Below, one piece after another: positions 10,558 to 24,003 of a stretch of DNA of 64,000 nucleotides. Position numbers and translations under genes: made by a program. Positions within the stretch are counted from its first letter, which is position 1, and every line of letters starts with the position of its first letter. Under the pieces are notes generated by a model. The model was not told where the DNA came from. It was given only the letters and a program-made list of their open reading frames with translations, and ran no database searches. This DNA is from Octopus sinensis (taxonomy: Eukaryota). Location: assembly GCF_006345805.1 (NCBI RefSeq), contig NC_042998.1, positions 148,738,001-148,802,000 of the forward strand, given 5' to 3'.

Positions 10558-13500
10558 AAGTCTATGGCAGAAATGAGGCAGAAAATCCTGAATACGCTTG
10601 AAGTTGTAAGACATACAAGTATGAATGATAGAGAACCACTTCATAAACTCTCAAATACAAACCAAAATAAAAAAACAAATCCAAATTGGCAACTATGTAA
10701 CAAATGAAATAATACGAGAATTAAAACGTGATTTACTGAGTTAAATGAATTATTATTTACGCTTCTGCTAGGGCAATTGAAACCAGCTGTATGCCCCCGA
10801 AAAAACAAAGAAAACAAAACCTGGGAAGAAATCAAACCTGGAGAAGTAAAATTGAAAAAGAGATTGAATTTATGAGGGGGAAATATCAATATTAAATGAA
10901 CTAATATGTGGAAATGATGTAAGATCCAGAACAGGAAGAAAGATGAAGAGAAAATTTGATCCTCACCAAGAGAAGAACTGATATCCATAAAAGAAACGCT
11001 GAAACAAAAAGTCCAAGCAAAAGCCCAAAGAATACGAAGATTTGAGAAGAGAAACAAGTTTTACAAGCAAAATAAACTGTTCACATCCAATGCCAAAAAA
11101 TTCTACAGAGAAATAGGGAAGGAGAAAGTAACCGTTAAAGAACCACCTCCCATGGAAGAAGTTCAAAACTTTTGGAAAAGGATTTGGAGTGACAAGAAGA
11201 CGTACAACATAAATGCAGACTGGATTATACAAACTGAAGGATCCTACCAAAATTTACAACAACAAGCATGGGAAGACATCACAATAGCAAACCTAAGAAA
11301 GGCACTCACGAAGGCCCATAATTGGAAATCCCCCGGTAAAGATAGGGTGCCGAATTTCTGGCTCGCATCGCTCCCATGTGCACACGGTAAGCTAGTTCAG
11401 CTGCTCATGGAATTATGAGAGACCCAAAGAAAACACCTGAATGGTTAGCAAGTGGCATTACTTACCTACTCCCAAAGAATAACGAAACCAACCTTCCAAA
11501 AAACTATCGGCCTATAACCTGTCTATCCACCACGTATAAAATCCTAACATCTATCCTGGCGGAGAAAACATATGCATTCATGGAGAAGAACGATATTTTC
11601 CCCATTGAACAAAAAGGGTGCCGCCGAGGCTCTTACGGATGCAAAGATCAACTGCTAATCAATCGTATGATCCTTGAGAACTGTCACAACAAGCGTAGAA
11701 ATCTCAGCACCGCATGGATTGACTACAAAAAGGCCTTCGACAGTATACCGCATCCATGGATCTTGAGATCGCTGGACATCTTCAAAATTTCCCCTGTGAT
11801 TTCAAACTTCCTGAAGCACAATATGTCGTTGTGGAATACGAATCTCCAATTATACCACTCTAATGGAGTACTTGCCTCAGAAAATATAAACATCAACTGT
11901 GGAATTTTTCAAGGTGACTCACTTTCACCTTTAATATTCTGCATAGCCCTAATACCCCTTACAAGTGAATTAAACAGAACAGGGTATGAGTATAATATTG
12001 CCAATAAAAAAATAAGCCACCTATTTTATATGGATGACTTAAAACTTTATGGTAAAGACAATAATGAACTTGAAGGCCTATTGCACACCGTGAAAGCATT
12101 CAGCGATGACATCGGGATGGAGTTTGGACTTGAGAAGTGTGCCAAGGCCACTTTCCAGAAAGGGAAAGTGAAGACCACAAATTCAGTCGTGTTAGATGTT
12201 GACACAGTCATAAGAGAGCTTGAGCAAGAACAAACATACAAATATTTAGGGATAAATGAAGGCTCTGGTATTCAGCATGCAAGCATGAAAGAGAAAATCA
12301 GGAAAGAATGTTATAGGAGAGTTCGTGCAGTCCTGAAATCTGAACTAAATGCACGTAACAAGGTGTTAGCTATAAATTCCTTAGCAGTTCCAGTTGTTAC
12401 TTATAGCTACAATGTGTTGAACTGGAATATGAGTGAAGTAAAGAATATAGATAGGAAAATACGCAAGCTGCTGAGTTGTAATAGGATGCACCACCCAAAG
12501 GCAGACGTAGATCGCCTTTACCTTCCCAGAGCCCAAGGAGGTCGAGGCCTGATCCAATTTGAACTAGCTTACAAAACAACCACAATTGGACTGGCCAAAT
12601 ATCTCGAAATATCGAATGACTGGATGCTAAAGCTCGTGGAAAATCACGAGAGACGAAAGAAGCTTCATTCTCATAATAAAGGAAAGCAAAAAATTTGCTA
12701 TTGATCTCGTGCAGGATACCCAAACTGAACAACCCGAGGGAAGTACGGCAACTATTGTTGCAAAGAAGGTGAAAATGATGGCAATGAAAAAAGCGCACGA
12801 GCAATTGGCTGATAGGTGGGAGGAGAGAAACCTCTGCACGGCAAATATGTGACCCGCAGCAAACAAGCTGATGTTGACCAGAAGCAAACCCATCGGTGGC
12901 TACGGAGCTCAGGGCTAAAAGCAGAGAGCGAAGGTTTCATCCTGGCTGCTCAAGATCAAAGCCTATTAACCCGGAACTACCAGGCCAATGTGATGAAAAA
13001 TGGAGCAGACCCAAAATGCCGATTCTGCAACGACATGATTGAAACAGTGGACCACCTAATCTCTGGATGTAAAGTCTTAGCACCAGTGGAGTATAAATTA
13101 AGACATGACAGAGTTGGCCAATATCTCCACTGGCTAATAAGTCGGCATTACAATATCAAAACTGCCGACAAGTGGTATAATCACCACCCTGAGGCTGTAA
13201 CTGAAGGAGAAAATGTAACCATTCTGTGGGACTTTCCAGTACATACAGACCGAACCATCAAGGCCAATAAACCAGATATTGTTGTGAAAGACCAAAACAA
13301 TAAAGTTTGCTTATTGATCGACATGAGCATCCCCTGTGATCATAATATCTCAGCGAGAAGAGTTTGACAAGCTCAGAAAATATAAAGACCTACTCATTGA
13401 AATTGAGAAAATGTGGCATCTCAAGGCGGTTACAATACCAGTGATCGTAGGAGCACTAGGAATGATCAAAAGAAGGGAACCGAAAATTATATGAGAATGA

Positions 13501-13763
13501 TCCCTGGCTTACCATCCCTGCAAGAAGTGCAAAAGATTGTCTTAACTGGTACATCACACGTATTGAGAAGAGCATTGTCGATGTGAGAACTGTTGCTGCT
13601 CATGTATTTTAATTTAACTTTAAAAAAAAAAAAAAAAAAAAATGAACGATCTACTGAGTTTGGTTTAATGGCCTACCATTGTATACTATGAGTTTCTTTG
13701 CCGTAGGAGTCGGGAAGACACTCGGCAAGAAATGGAAGCAAATTTGAAAGAAGAAAAAAAAAG
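10556..13763 (+). mobile_element. R4/Dong-type non-LTR retrotransposon, 5'-truncated and frameshifted
   Basis: RT motifs NYRPITCL, EQKGC, AWIDYKKAFD, GIFQGDSLSPL, YMDDLKLY, YKYLG; knuckle CRFC..HLISGC + RHD; RLE KPDIV..LLID. Frameshifts near 11415, 12675, 12820, 13360 and 13475; frame ends TGA at 13586. (AAT)n on both sides. Confidence 0.93.
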
Positions 13764-14598
13764 TAATAATCATAATAATAATAATAATAATAACAACAAC
13801 AACAACAACAACAATGACAACAATAATAATTACGGACATTAACAAAAGTAACAAAACTACATTCGGTTCTACTACCTGTGTAATCAACACTGTATATTTC
13901 CACACATAAATAACTCCCCAAACTATGACACAATATATACAACTTTACTAACCAATGAACATATTATATATCTCACAGAACAACATATTCTACTCAACTA
14001 TCTCTTATGAGGAGCCACACACTTCATGTTCTACTCAATCACCTCCCTACACTATGACAGGATTGACACATACGATACGTCACAGTGTCACCAATCAATA
14101 TAATAACACCACTTACATGGCATACATTTTATACACTCAGGGTCCCTAGGCTGTAAAAAGGTCCATCAACAAACAAACGCTACATTAAATATACAATTTA
14201 AAAAAACAAGGCAAATAGAAAACGCTGTAAAATGGATTTTACACACAAACATTTTATGCCCTCCCAAAGGACGGACTTCCATACATTTTTCACACTCACC
14301 AGCAATATAGAAGTGCACCTGGTGTTGAAGGAAAATACTCGAAGGAAATTACTGAAACTCTCTCTCTCTCTCTTTCTTCCACCCTCTCGTGGTCCCTACT
14401 CTCCTCCTCACCTCTTTTTATACATATATATATAATATATATATGCATGTATATAACATATATATATTATATAAATACATATGAGTATATACATATATAT
14501 ATATATATACATGTATATATATATATATATATTACTTATATATATATACATATATATAATATATAACATACATACATACATGCATACATATATATATG

Positions 14599-14652
<54 letters not shown>

Positions 14653-14754
14653 TATATATATATACATGTATATATATATAAATGTATATTTATATATATA
14701 TATACTTATACATATACATATATATATATATATATATATCTATATATATATATA

Positions 14755-14802
<48 letters not shown>

Positions 14803-14818
14803 CATATATATATATATA

Positions 14819-14877
<59 letters not shown>

Positions 14878-14917
14878 TATATATATATCTATATATATAT
14901 ATATATATACATATATA

Positions 14918-15040
14918 CTTTATTTAAAAGCAGCAGAAATATAACAAAAGCTGTTACTCAGAGGTTCCCGTTCCCGTTCGTCACGGGAATGTGAAACTGA
15001 GTAACAGCTTTTGTTATATTTCTGCTGCTTTTAAATAAAG
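14918..15040. repeat. Perfect palindrome, 44-bp arms, 35-bp spacer
   Basis: 14918-14961 is the exact reverse complement of 14997-15040, and symmetry extends into the flanking TA/CA repeat. Confidence 0.95.
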
Positions 15041-16213
15041 TATATATGTATATATATATATTTGTGTGTGTATGTCTGTTTCTGTTCCCTTCGCCATCGC
15101 TTGAAAACCGATGCTGGTGTTTTATGTCCTCGTAACGTAGCGGTTCGGCAAAAGAGACCGACAGGCTTACAAAGAAAACTCCTGCAGTTGAATTCTTCGT
15201 CTAAAACCCTTTCAGACGGTGCTCCAGCATGAATGTGGTCAAATGACTGAAACAAGTAAAAGGAAAGAATATATATATACATACACACATACACACATAT
15301 ATATAAGCATATACATACATACATACATACATACATACATACATACATACATACATGCATACATACGTATGCAAACATAGGTATAAGCAAACATAGGTAT
15401 TAGCGTAAGCATGTAAAGTGCCAAAAATAGAACGAGCGTGGAGAAGGAGCGAGAGGGGGAGAGAAAGACGGAATACTAGAGAGAATGAGAGAGAAATAAA
15501 GAACGAAGTAAATTAGAGAGGCTGACAGATAGATAAGGGATTCGATAGCAGATGAGAATAATCGATAAGCTTAAAATTAAAAACAAAAATATCAGTTACT
15601 CTTGGTTGAAAGGGAGGTAACTGTAAATCAAGGGAGATAAATATATTCGATGCTGGAATATAACATAGAAGCGCAAAGATGTGTTTTACGTATGGACGGA
15701 GCGCGTAGTTAAATGACTCAAATTTGCTGTTGTTAAGAACTTAAGATATTGGTGTTCATTAGAGAAGAAACTTATTTTATGGAAGACAGCAACACAACGT
15801 CCCAATTAATACAGTATCACTAATTGTAATCATCATCATCATCATAATCATCGGCAGCAGGAGCAGCAGCAGTAACAACAACAATACTGTTACCACTCCT
15901 TTATAAACGTCATTATCAACATCAGAGGCTGCTACCCCACTACCATCACCAGAATACCCCACCACCACCACTACCGTCATCATCATCATCATCATCTGCA
16001 GTTATGTCTCTTGCAAATCAAAGTTCAGAATGACTATGCCACACGCACAAGCACTGAGTGTATGTGTGTATGTGTGTGTGTGTTTGTGTGCGAACGTGTG
16101 TGTGTGCACGTGTGCGTGTACGCACGAGTGCGCGCGCGTGAATGTGTGTGTGTGCTTGTGCGTGTGTATATGTGTGTGTGTATGTCACACACATGCTTAT
16201 GTCACCTATCTAC

Positions 16214-16290
<77 letters not shown>

Positions 16291-16331
16291 AATCTTTCTA
16301 TCTGTGTGTCTATGTCACACACATGAATATA

Positions 16332-17609
16332 CTAGGGTTAGTCAACAATTATACGCACTCAGTTTTTCGACATAGACTCATTGCGTTTCGATGCCCTCCT
16401 TCCTGCCATCCAAAAGCTTGCTTATTCCATTCGAGAAGAAGGATTTCGACTGGTCGTGCAGACATTTATGCACTGCTTTCTACACTTTCCACACTTCTTC
16501 GTCCATAGCAAATCGACGACCTCGTAAAAGGATGTTTGAGTGGTCCAAAGAGGTGGTAGTAGGAAGAGTTGAGATCTGGACAGTATGAAGGGTGTTCCGG
16601 CAACTCGAAGCCCAATTTTTTCCGGAATTGAACGATGTGTGAGATCGCCTGTGGGCATGCGTTGTCGTGCAACTGTAACACTAATTTTGACACTAGACGT
16701 CGGTGTTTGGTGCGACTTGCTGGTTTCAGTTTCTTGGCCAGCATTTCACTGTAGCCTACACTAGTGACTGTAGGCCCCTTTTCCAGGTAATATTCTAGTA
16801 TAATCCCTTTTGTGTTCCCCCACCAAATAAAACGTTAGCGTCCCTATTTCTGCGGAATTTCTGTTTCCCTGGCAATTCCGGGTATTTCCACTCTATAGTT
16901 TGCCTTTTGGATTCTGACTCAAAGTGGTTACTCAGGTCTCATCTGTGATCATTATATTTTTCTGTTCTTTTTTTTTAAAGGAAGCTTAGCTTTCTTTGTT
17001 GTTGCGCTGGATTATGCTTTAACAAATCTCCCCACGATTGCACTTCTGCACTTCAGTGAGCTTTCTTGGCACGCATCTCTTTCAGACTTTATGATAGCGA
17101 AGCTTTTCGTGGATGATTTTATATACGGAATCATGACTAATTTGCAGAGAATATGCCACCTTATCGCTGATAATTTGTCGGTTCGCCAAAGCCACCTTTC
17201 GAGCTTGTTGAATCTTCACATCAGTCGTTAAAGTTGATGAAGGTCCACCTCCCTCTTCGATCTTCCCACTTGTCCTGGCATTTTAAAATTCTCAATACAC
17301 TCGAACACATTTCAACGCAAAAGAGCGCTGTTCTCATACTGCAGCAGGAGTCTGCGCTGATTTTTAGCCCGAACACACTTTCACTCCAGGGAAATTGGAT
17401 CACTCACCTCTGTTCTTCCTTGGTGCACACTGCCAGAAGAGCAGCCATGTTTGCTCTGTGACACAAGAAAGAAAACTGGAGCAATCACAGTCAAACCTCG
17501 GTTACTTAACTACAAGTGTACCATATTTCAGCTCGCGCGAACTGAGGGGAGTGCAGTCACCTTAAAAATGGTTTTGGCGAAAGTGCGAATAACGTTTGGC
17601 TTACCCTCG
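16332..17609 (-). mobile_element. Mariner (DD34D-type) transposon, full-length but decayed
   Basis: 28-bp imperfect TIRs (16332-16359, 17582-17609) with TA on both sides, length 1278 bp. Transposase remnant LHDNACP..HPSYCPDLNSSYYHLF. Confidence 0.88.
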
Positions 17610-17708
17610 TATATATGTTTGTATGGAAAAGCGAACGTTAAAATGATGAAGATTATGATATATACATACATGCATATAGATATGTACGTATGTATATATG
17701 TATGTATG

Positions 17709-17742
<34 letters not shown>

Positions 17743-17756
17743 TGTATGTATGTATG

Positions 17757-17795
<39 letters not shown>

Positions 17796-17947
17796 TTATT
17801 TATCTGTCTGTCTGTCTGTCTATGTATCTATTCATACACCCATCCATCCATCCATCCATCCATCCACAAAAACACCCACCGACCCACATCCACCACCCAT
17901 TCATCTATCTATCTATTTGTCTGTCTGTCTGTCTGCCTGTCAGTCTG

Positions 17948-18052
<105 letters not shown>

Positions 18053-18065
18053 AAATACAAACATA

Positions 18066-18735
18066 CAGGAGTCGACTGAAAAGTTTATAGGCCAGCCAAG
18101 ATACTCTCATGAAATGTTACCAAATGAGGTGATTTTTCAGGATTGTCCCCCTTGCGGTGTACACAATTCTTCCATCGTTGTTGCAGTGCTTGAATCCCAT
18201 TGGTGCAGAAGCTTTCATCGTCTTGGTCAAAAAAGTTATCAACAGCACACATGACGTCATCATGCGATACTGGATCCCATCCAATTTCATGTTGGGGAAT
18301 ATATGATAGTCAGATGGGGGAAAATCAAGAGTATAGCAGGGACGGGCTGATCAACCATTGAAATGAAGGACTTGCGTGCTGGAGCATTGTCCTAATAAAA
18401 CAAGACCCCTTTCGTCAGTTTACCTGGGCGTTTGATCTTAATAACCTTTCGTAGATGCCTGAGCAAGCTGGCATAATATTCTCCATTGATGGTGTAGCCA
18501 TTTTGAAAATAGTTAATATACATAATGCCTTTTGCGTCCCAAACAAAACGGAGACAATCACCGTCCCTGCAGATGAAGTGACCTTGAGAGCAGGTGAGGG
18601 GTGTGCTTCAATTGCATGGATTGTTTCACTGACTCTGGCTCAAAAGGATGAACGATTAAGCCAGCTGGCTTCTTTCAAGTTTATTAAAATATTCTTTTCT
18701 ACTTTAGGAACAAGGCTTGAAATTTTTGGTGAGTC
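18066..18735 (-). mobile_element. Mariner 3' fragment
   Basis: TA followed by TIR-like caggagtcgactgaaaagtttatagg and mariner-like internal sequence. Ends at a SINE. Confidence 0.6.
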
Positions 18736-19278
18736 GATTAGGTCGATCCCAGTACGCAACTGGAACTTAATTTATCAACCCCGAAAAGATGAAAGACAAA
18801 ATCAACCACGGAGGAATTTGAACTCAGAACGTAAAAACAGACGAAATACTGTTAAGCATTTCGCCCGGCGTGCTAAGGTTTCTGCCAGCTCGCCGCCTTC
18901 AGCCTTAGTAATATTGTTAAAGAAACAGTGCTACTAAAGCAACTTCCAAAAGATACTGAACTCAACACATTTAGGCTACCATTTGCAGATATTCCAACAG
19001 TTGATGAGGTTGTACATGAAGTTATAATGCTCCTACAAATCTGACTTGAGTTCCAGTGACAATGAAGCAATCAAAGATCAAAGCAGCTTTATGCATAACG
19101 CTGCATACTGCATTAATGTTGGGATTACTAAAAGTTGTGCTACTTAGAAGTGATTCATGGGGGCACAATGTGCATTTGCACCACTACATCATGATACATA
19201 TATATATACACACACACACACATATATATATTATATATATATATATTATTCCAAATGTATAGTATTAAACATCCATCA

Positions 19279-19372
19279 CGGCTGACCTTACCAATCTGTT
19301 TCACGTAAAGAATACAATGGAGTGTTAGGCAACAAACCGATTATATAACTTTACGCTCATCAGAGCAAGCCG
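19279..19372 (-). ncRNA. Type I hammerhead motif
   Basis: ..GGCUUGCU CUGAUGA GCGUAAAG (38 nt) CUUUACGU GAAA CAGAUUG GUA AG GUC AGCCG. Eight-bp stem II; cleavage register ambiguous (GUA or GUC). Confidence 0.65.
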
Positions 19373-19692
19373 ATATAGAAGGAATATGGTAATTGCTCTC
19401 TATTATCGGAGGTGGATTAGCACAACGGGTCAGCGGCTCTAGTGAAAAAGGTGGTGAAATGAGAAAAGGCTAGAGGATTAGTTTAGGAGTTAGGTATGCT
19501 GTGAAGCCAACAACATTTATCTTGAAGTCAGAGAAGTAAGTATTATTAATGTGGTGCTCCTGTGGGGATGGCTTGTGTAGTATGTGTAGCAGTGTCATAT
19601 GTATAATTATTTCGGGGGGTGTAGGTATATATAACAGTGTTCGTTGGTCTGTTTTCATTCTGGAAAGTATAAAGCCGTGGGTGGGTGTTCTT

Positions 19693-19728
<36 letters not shown>

Positions 19729-19868
19729 ATATATATGAGTTCAGCAAAAATTTAGATTCAGATGAATATAGTACTTAAGTTGAAGTACCAGAATTTAGTA
19801 CGGTATTATCCATACAATTTAAAATAAGGTGATTAGAATAAAATAAGCAACAAGTATATCCAGAGGTA

Positions 19869-19956
19869 ATGCAGTACGATCGTTTCACGCAACTCCATTT
19901 AATTGAACAATGCAACCATTACATCACTTTAAATGCAGAGCAATCCTCAGCTGCAC
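19869..19956 (-). ncRNA. Type I hammerhead ribozyme, complete core
   Basis: GUGCAG CUGAGGA (57-nt imperfect stem II) GAAA CGAUCG UA / CUGCAU. Palindrome ACGAUCGU. Confidence 0.75.
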
Positions 19957-20346
19957 AAAGGCAGAATTTAATTAAATTAAAATAGATGGACACATTAGTA
20001 TAATTTTGCCTGAAATCTCCAAGACGTTAAGGAGATAGACAAAGAACATGCAAAGAACATTTAGAAACTACTTGTTACAGATTTTGCTTATCACTGTTAT
20101 ATGGGGTCAGTTTTAATTTATAGACTAGTTTTATCAAATACTTGTATATCTAAGGCCGAATCTGTTAGGAGTAGGGCTGGGTATAGTCATAAGAATCAAG
20201 ACTTATTTGAAGCAATTTCATGAGATTTAGTAAAGGAAAACTTAAATCAAGATGTTAGCAGAAAATTAAGGGCTCTGGCCACTAGCAGACCATTGATAAT
20301 GAAAACAGGGGAAATCTTATCATGTAGAACTATAGTTAAATATTTT

Positions 20347-21290
20347 AAACAATATTGTCATATTGTATAAAGTTAAAGTTTAGGATTATTCAGAGGATTA
20401 TTAAGAAGAATAATTATAACAAAAGGATAAAATGTTTTATGAATACTTTTGAGTATATAACAAACTTTTACCACAATAGAGGGAGGAAAAGAAAATTATC
20501 CAGAAATAGTTTAATATCAATACATATTATAAACTTAAATACTAACTTATCTGATGGTATCAGTGCATATTGATCAATTGGTATATACTGGTATTTAATG
20601 AAGGAATACTGAGGTAAAAGAACATGCAAACTATAAATTAATTTTAAGTAGTCATTATACCAGTATTGTTATATATAAGCTAAGTATGAATTTATAGAGG
20701 TACAAAAATTAGATATATTTTTAAAATAAATAAATAAAGGCTATTATAAAATAATAAAGAAATAAAATAATCAGGTAGATAAAGGCCCTTATAAATACTA
20801 AGATCAGGAGGGTAGAGCACTTTAATAAAAGGATAAATCAAGTAACTTCTAAAGATCATTTCAAACAATATTGCCATATTGTATAAAGTTAAAATTTAGG
20901 GTAGTCAAGAAGATTATTAAGAATGATAAAACAAAAGGATAAAACTTCTATGAATACTGTTGAGTATATACTAAAATTTTACCACAATAGAGAGAGAAAA
21001 GAAAATTACATAGTTTATTATTATAGTTTATTATTTATACTTATTTATCTAAATACTAACTTAGATGGTATCTATGGAGATTGACCAATTGGAATTTAAC
21101 TGGTATTTAATGAAGGAGCACTGAGGCTAAAGAACATGTTAATCATATACTAATTTAATTAAATTGAATTATTTTAAGTTGTGGAGATACCGGTATTGTT
21201 TAATTATATAAGCTAAGTATGATTTGATAGGGGTACAACGATTAGATTTATTAAAGGCTATTATAAATAATAAAAAATGATCAGGTAGGG
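20347..21290. repeat. Diverged tandem duplication, ~430-bp unit, ~515-bp period
   Basis: 20347-20780 aligns colinearly with 20863-21290; partial third echo near 21480-21530. Confidence 0.85.
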
Positions 21291-21737
21291 TAGTGCACAA
21301 AGAAAAGGAATAAAGATAGCCTACTCACTAAAACCATTACAAAGTATACATACCTAATTAACTTCAATAGAGAAGATTTATATGAAATTTATGATAATTT
21401 AAGTATTGTGAACTAAAAGTTGTTTATTAACTTATTTAGCTTAAAACAATCAAGACTGATACCCGGTATTTGTTAAAAGAATATTGTTATTTAAAAGAAC
21501 ATGCTAATTATATACTAATTTTAAATGAAGAGGTATAATATAGGTTTTAAAAGCTATTAGTGTTGATCCGTACATGATATTAGTTTCTTAGGGGTACTTA
21601 ATTAGAAGGTCTGCTTGTATAAAAGCCAATACATCCATCCATCCAACCAACCATCCATACATACATACATACATACATACATACACACACATACATACAT
21701 ACATACATACATACATACATACACACACATACATACA

Positions 21738-21768
<31 letters not shown>

Positions 21769-21772
21769 GTAT

Positions 21773-21807
<35 letters not shown>

Positions 21808-22134
21808 TACATATATATATATTACATATATAAATATACATATATTGAAGCTGCTTATGATAAACATAAACAGTTTTATCAAACTGTTACCGTTGTTAAA
21901 ATTTGTTGGATCCCAAACATATTCATTGCTGTATACACTCTCTGTTTAATGTTATCATTCGGTTATTGTTATTTCAAATCTACATCTCAAACCAGCAAAA
22001 TAAGCGGCCTTAACACCCAGGATCTGGGTTCCAACATCTCCGAAATCAAATTTGCCTTTTATCCTTTCGGGGTCGATGAAATAAGGTACCAGTTAAATAC
22101 CAGGGCCGATGTAACCGACTAACGCTTTCACGTA

Positions 22135-22432
22135 AACTTGCTTTAAATAACCATGGGACTGCATCGAGAAAGTTCCCTTCCGGCAAGGTTGTTTGTGAAA
22201 GCCCAGCGGTCGCCCATGCATACCAGTCTCCCATACCCCGTTCCACCGATGTTGCTCAAGGGAAAGGCAGAGAGGATACACCTTGGCAACAGTAACATTG
22301 CAAGTCATTTCTACGGCTGAGTGAACTGGAGGAACGTGAAATAAAGTGTCTTGTTCAAGAACGCAACATACAGCCCGATACGGGAATAGAATTAAAAATC
22401 GGACGCTATAACCACTGAACAATGCACCTTCA
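22135..22432 (-). mobile_element. SINE, family 3
   Basis: Head region (gaaataaagtgtcttg.tcaagaa..caac....g.ccg...c.ggaat.gaa) shared with 40210-40460 and 63905-64000. Confidence 0.65.
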
Positions 22433-22480
22433 CTCTTGTGTGTGTATACATACATACGTACACGTACACACACACACACA

Positions 22481-22552
<72 letters not shown>

Positions 22553-23149
22553 CATACACTACTGCTCTATAACTTAGAGTGTGCTTCTTTTCCGGATTTA
22601 TAGTTCACTGACAGCATATCTATCTATCATTCTATCTATCTAACTATATATACACACATACATATAAATATATATACACACACACACATATATATATATA
22701 TGCATGTATATGTGTATTATATAAATATATGTATATATGTATGTATATATATATATGTATATGTGTGTATATATATATACATACATGCATATACGTGTAT
22801 GTGTGTATAAATATAAGTGCATATATGTATATGTATAAGTATCTATAAGTATATATGTGTATATATATATGTACATCTGTCTATCTATCTATTTATCTAT
22901 CTTTGTATGTATGTGTGTATGTATATGTATGTATGTATGTATGCATGTATGTATTAATATATTGTTATGAATGCGTTAGTGATGTAAATGTGTTTGAAAT
23001 CTCCAGACACAAAGAGACGCAGGAATAATTCATCACAGACATGTCCGCAGGAAATTGATAACGTCGTCGCAACATTAACAATGATGTCCTTAGATTCACA
23101 TCTACATTTTTATACTATATATATATATTTAAGTACATATATGTATGTT

Positions 23150-23196
<47 letters not shown>

Positions 23197-23561
23197 GTGT
23201 GTGTGTGTGCGTGCATGTACATATACATATACACACACATACACACACAAAAATACAAATTTATATATATTGAGAGTGTTATGTCTAAATACACACAGAT
23301 ATATATCTTATATATATATATATATATACATATATATGTATATATATACACACATACATACACATATACATATTATATTGTATTTGATTTTATTAAATTC
23401 TATGTATGGTTTCATTTTCGTAAGCTTCCTATTATTGGCTGTCTCCCTCTCATTTTCTCTCTCTTTTTCTCTCTATACAAACAAACAAACGTGCTGACTA
23501 TAATTTCTATTGAAAATCTGTAGAGATAAGTTTAAAAAGTGACTGGATTGCACTGCTAAAA

Positions 23562-24003
23562 CAGTAGGACACAATATTGACTTATAAACCTTTAATATAC
23601 TTGATAGCAAAATATAGTGCCCCTACCAGCGATTAATATTTACGGTCTACCATCTTGCCAGGAATGTGTTTAATATGTAAAATTGGTATAACCAACTGTG
23701 TTACACCGCTAAATTTAGTGACTATTTAAACAATGTATTCGTAGATGGTCAAAGGGTTGGATGTGGTACTGATGAAAGAGCAAGAACTCCTGAAATATGG
23801 ATGTACACCCAATACCTGTTTCTGTATCTTCGATCACATAGTTTGCATGGACGTATTCGTGTACGAAACGTCTTAATTTCCAGTGCTGTCTATAATTTCT
23901 AGAAGTTCTAGCAAATTTGTTGAGATGACTTTAAAGATTGATTGACTCGTACAGCTATCACGGTAGAACACACTATTGACTTATAAAACCTTTAATATAC
24001 TTG
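23562..24003 (+). repeat. ~400-bp unit bounded by ~40-bp direct repeats with degenerate hammerhead-like motif
   Basis: acac(a/-)(a/c)tattgacttataaa(a)cctttaatatacttg at 23569-23603 and 23968-24003. CUGAUGA AAGAG CAAGAA CUCCU GAAA near 23779. Confidence 0.6.
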
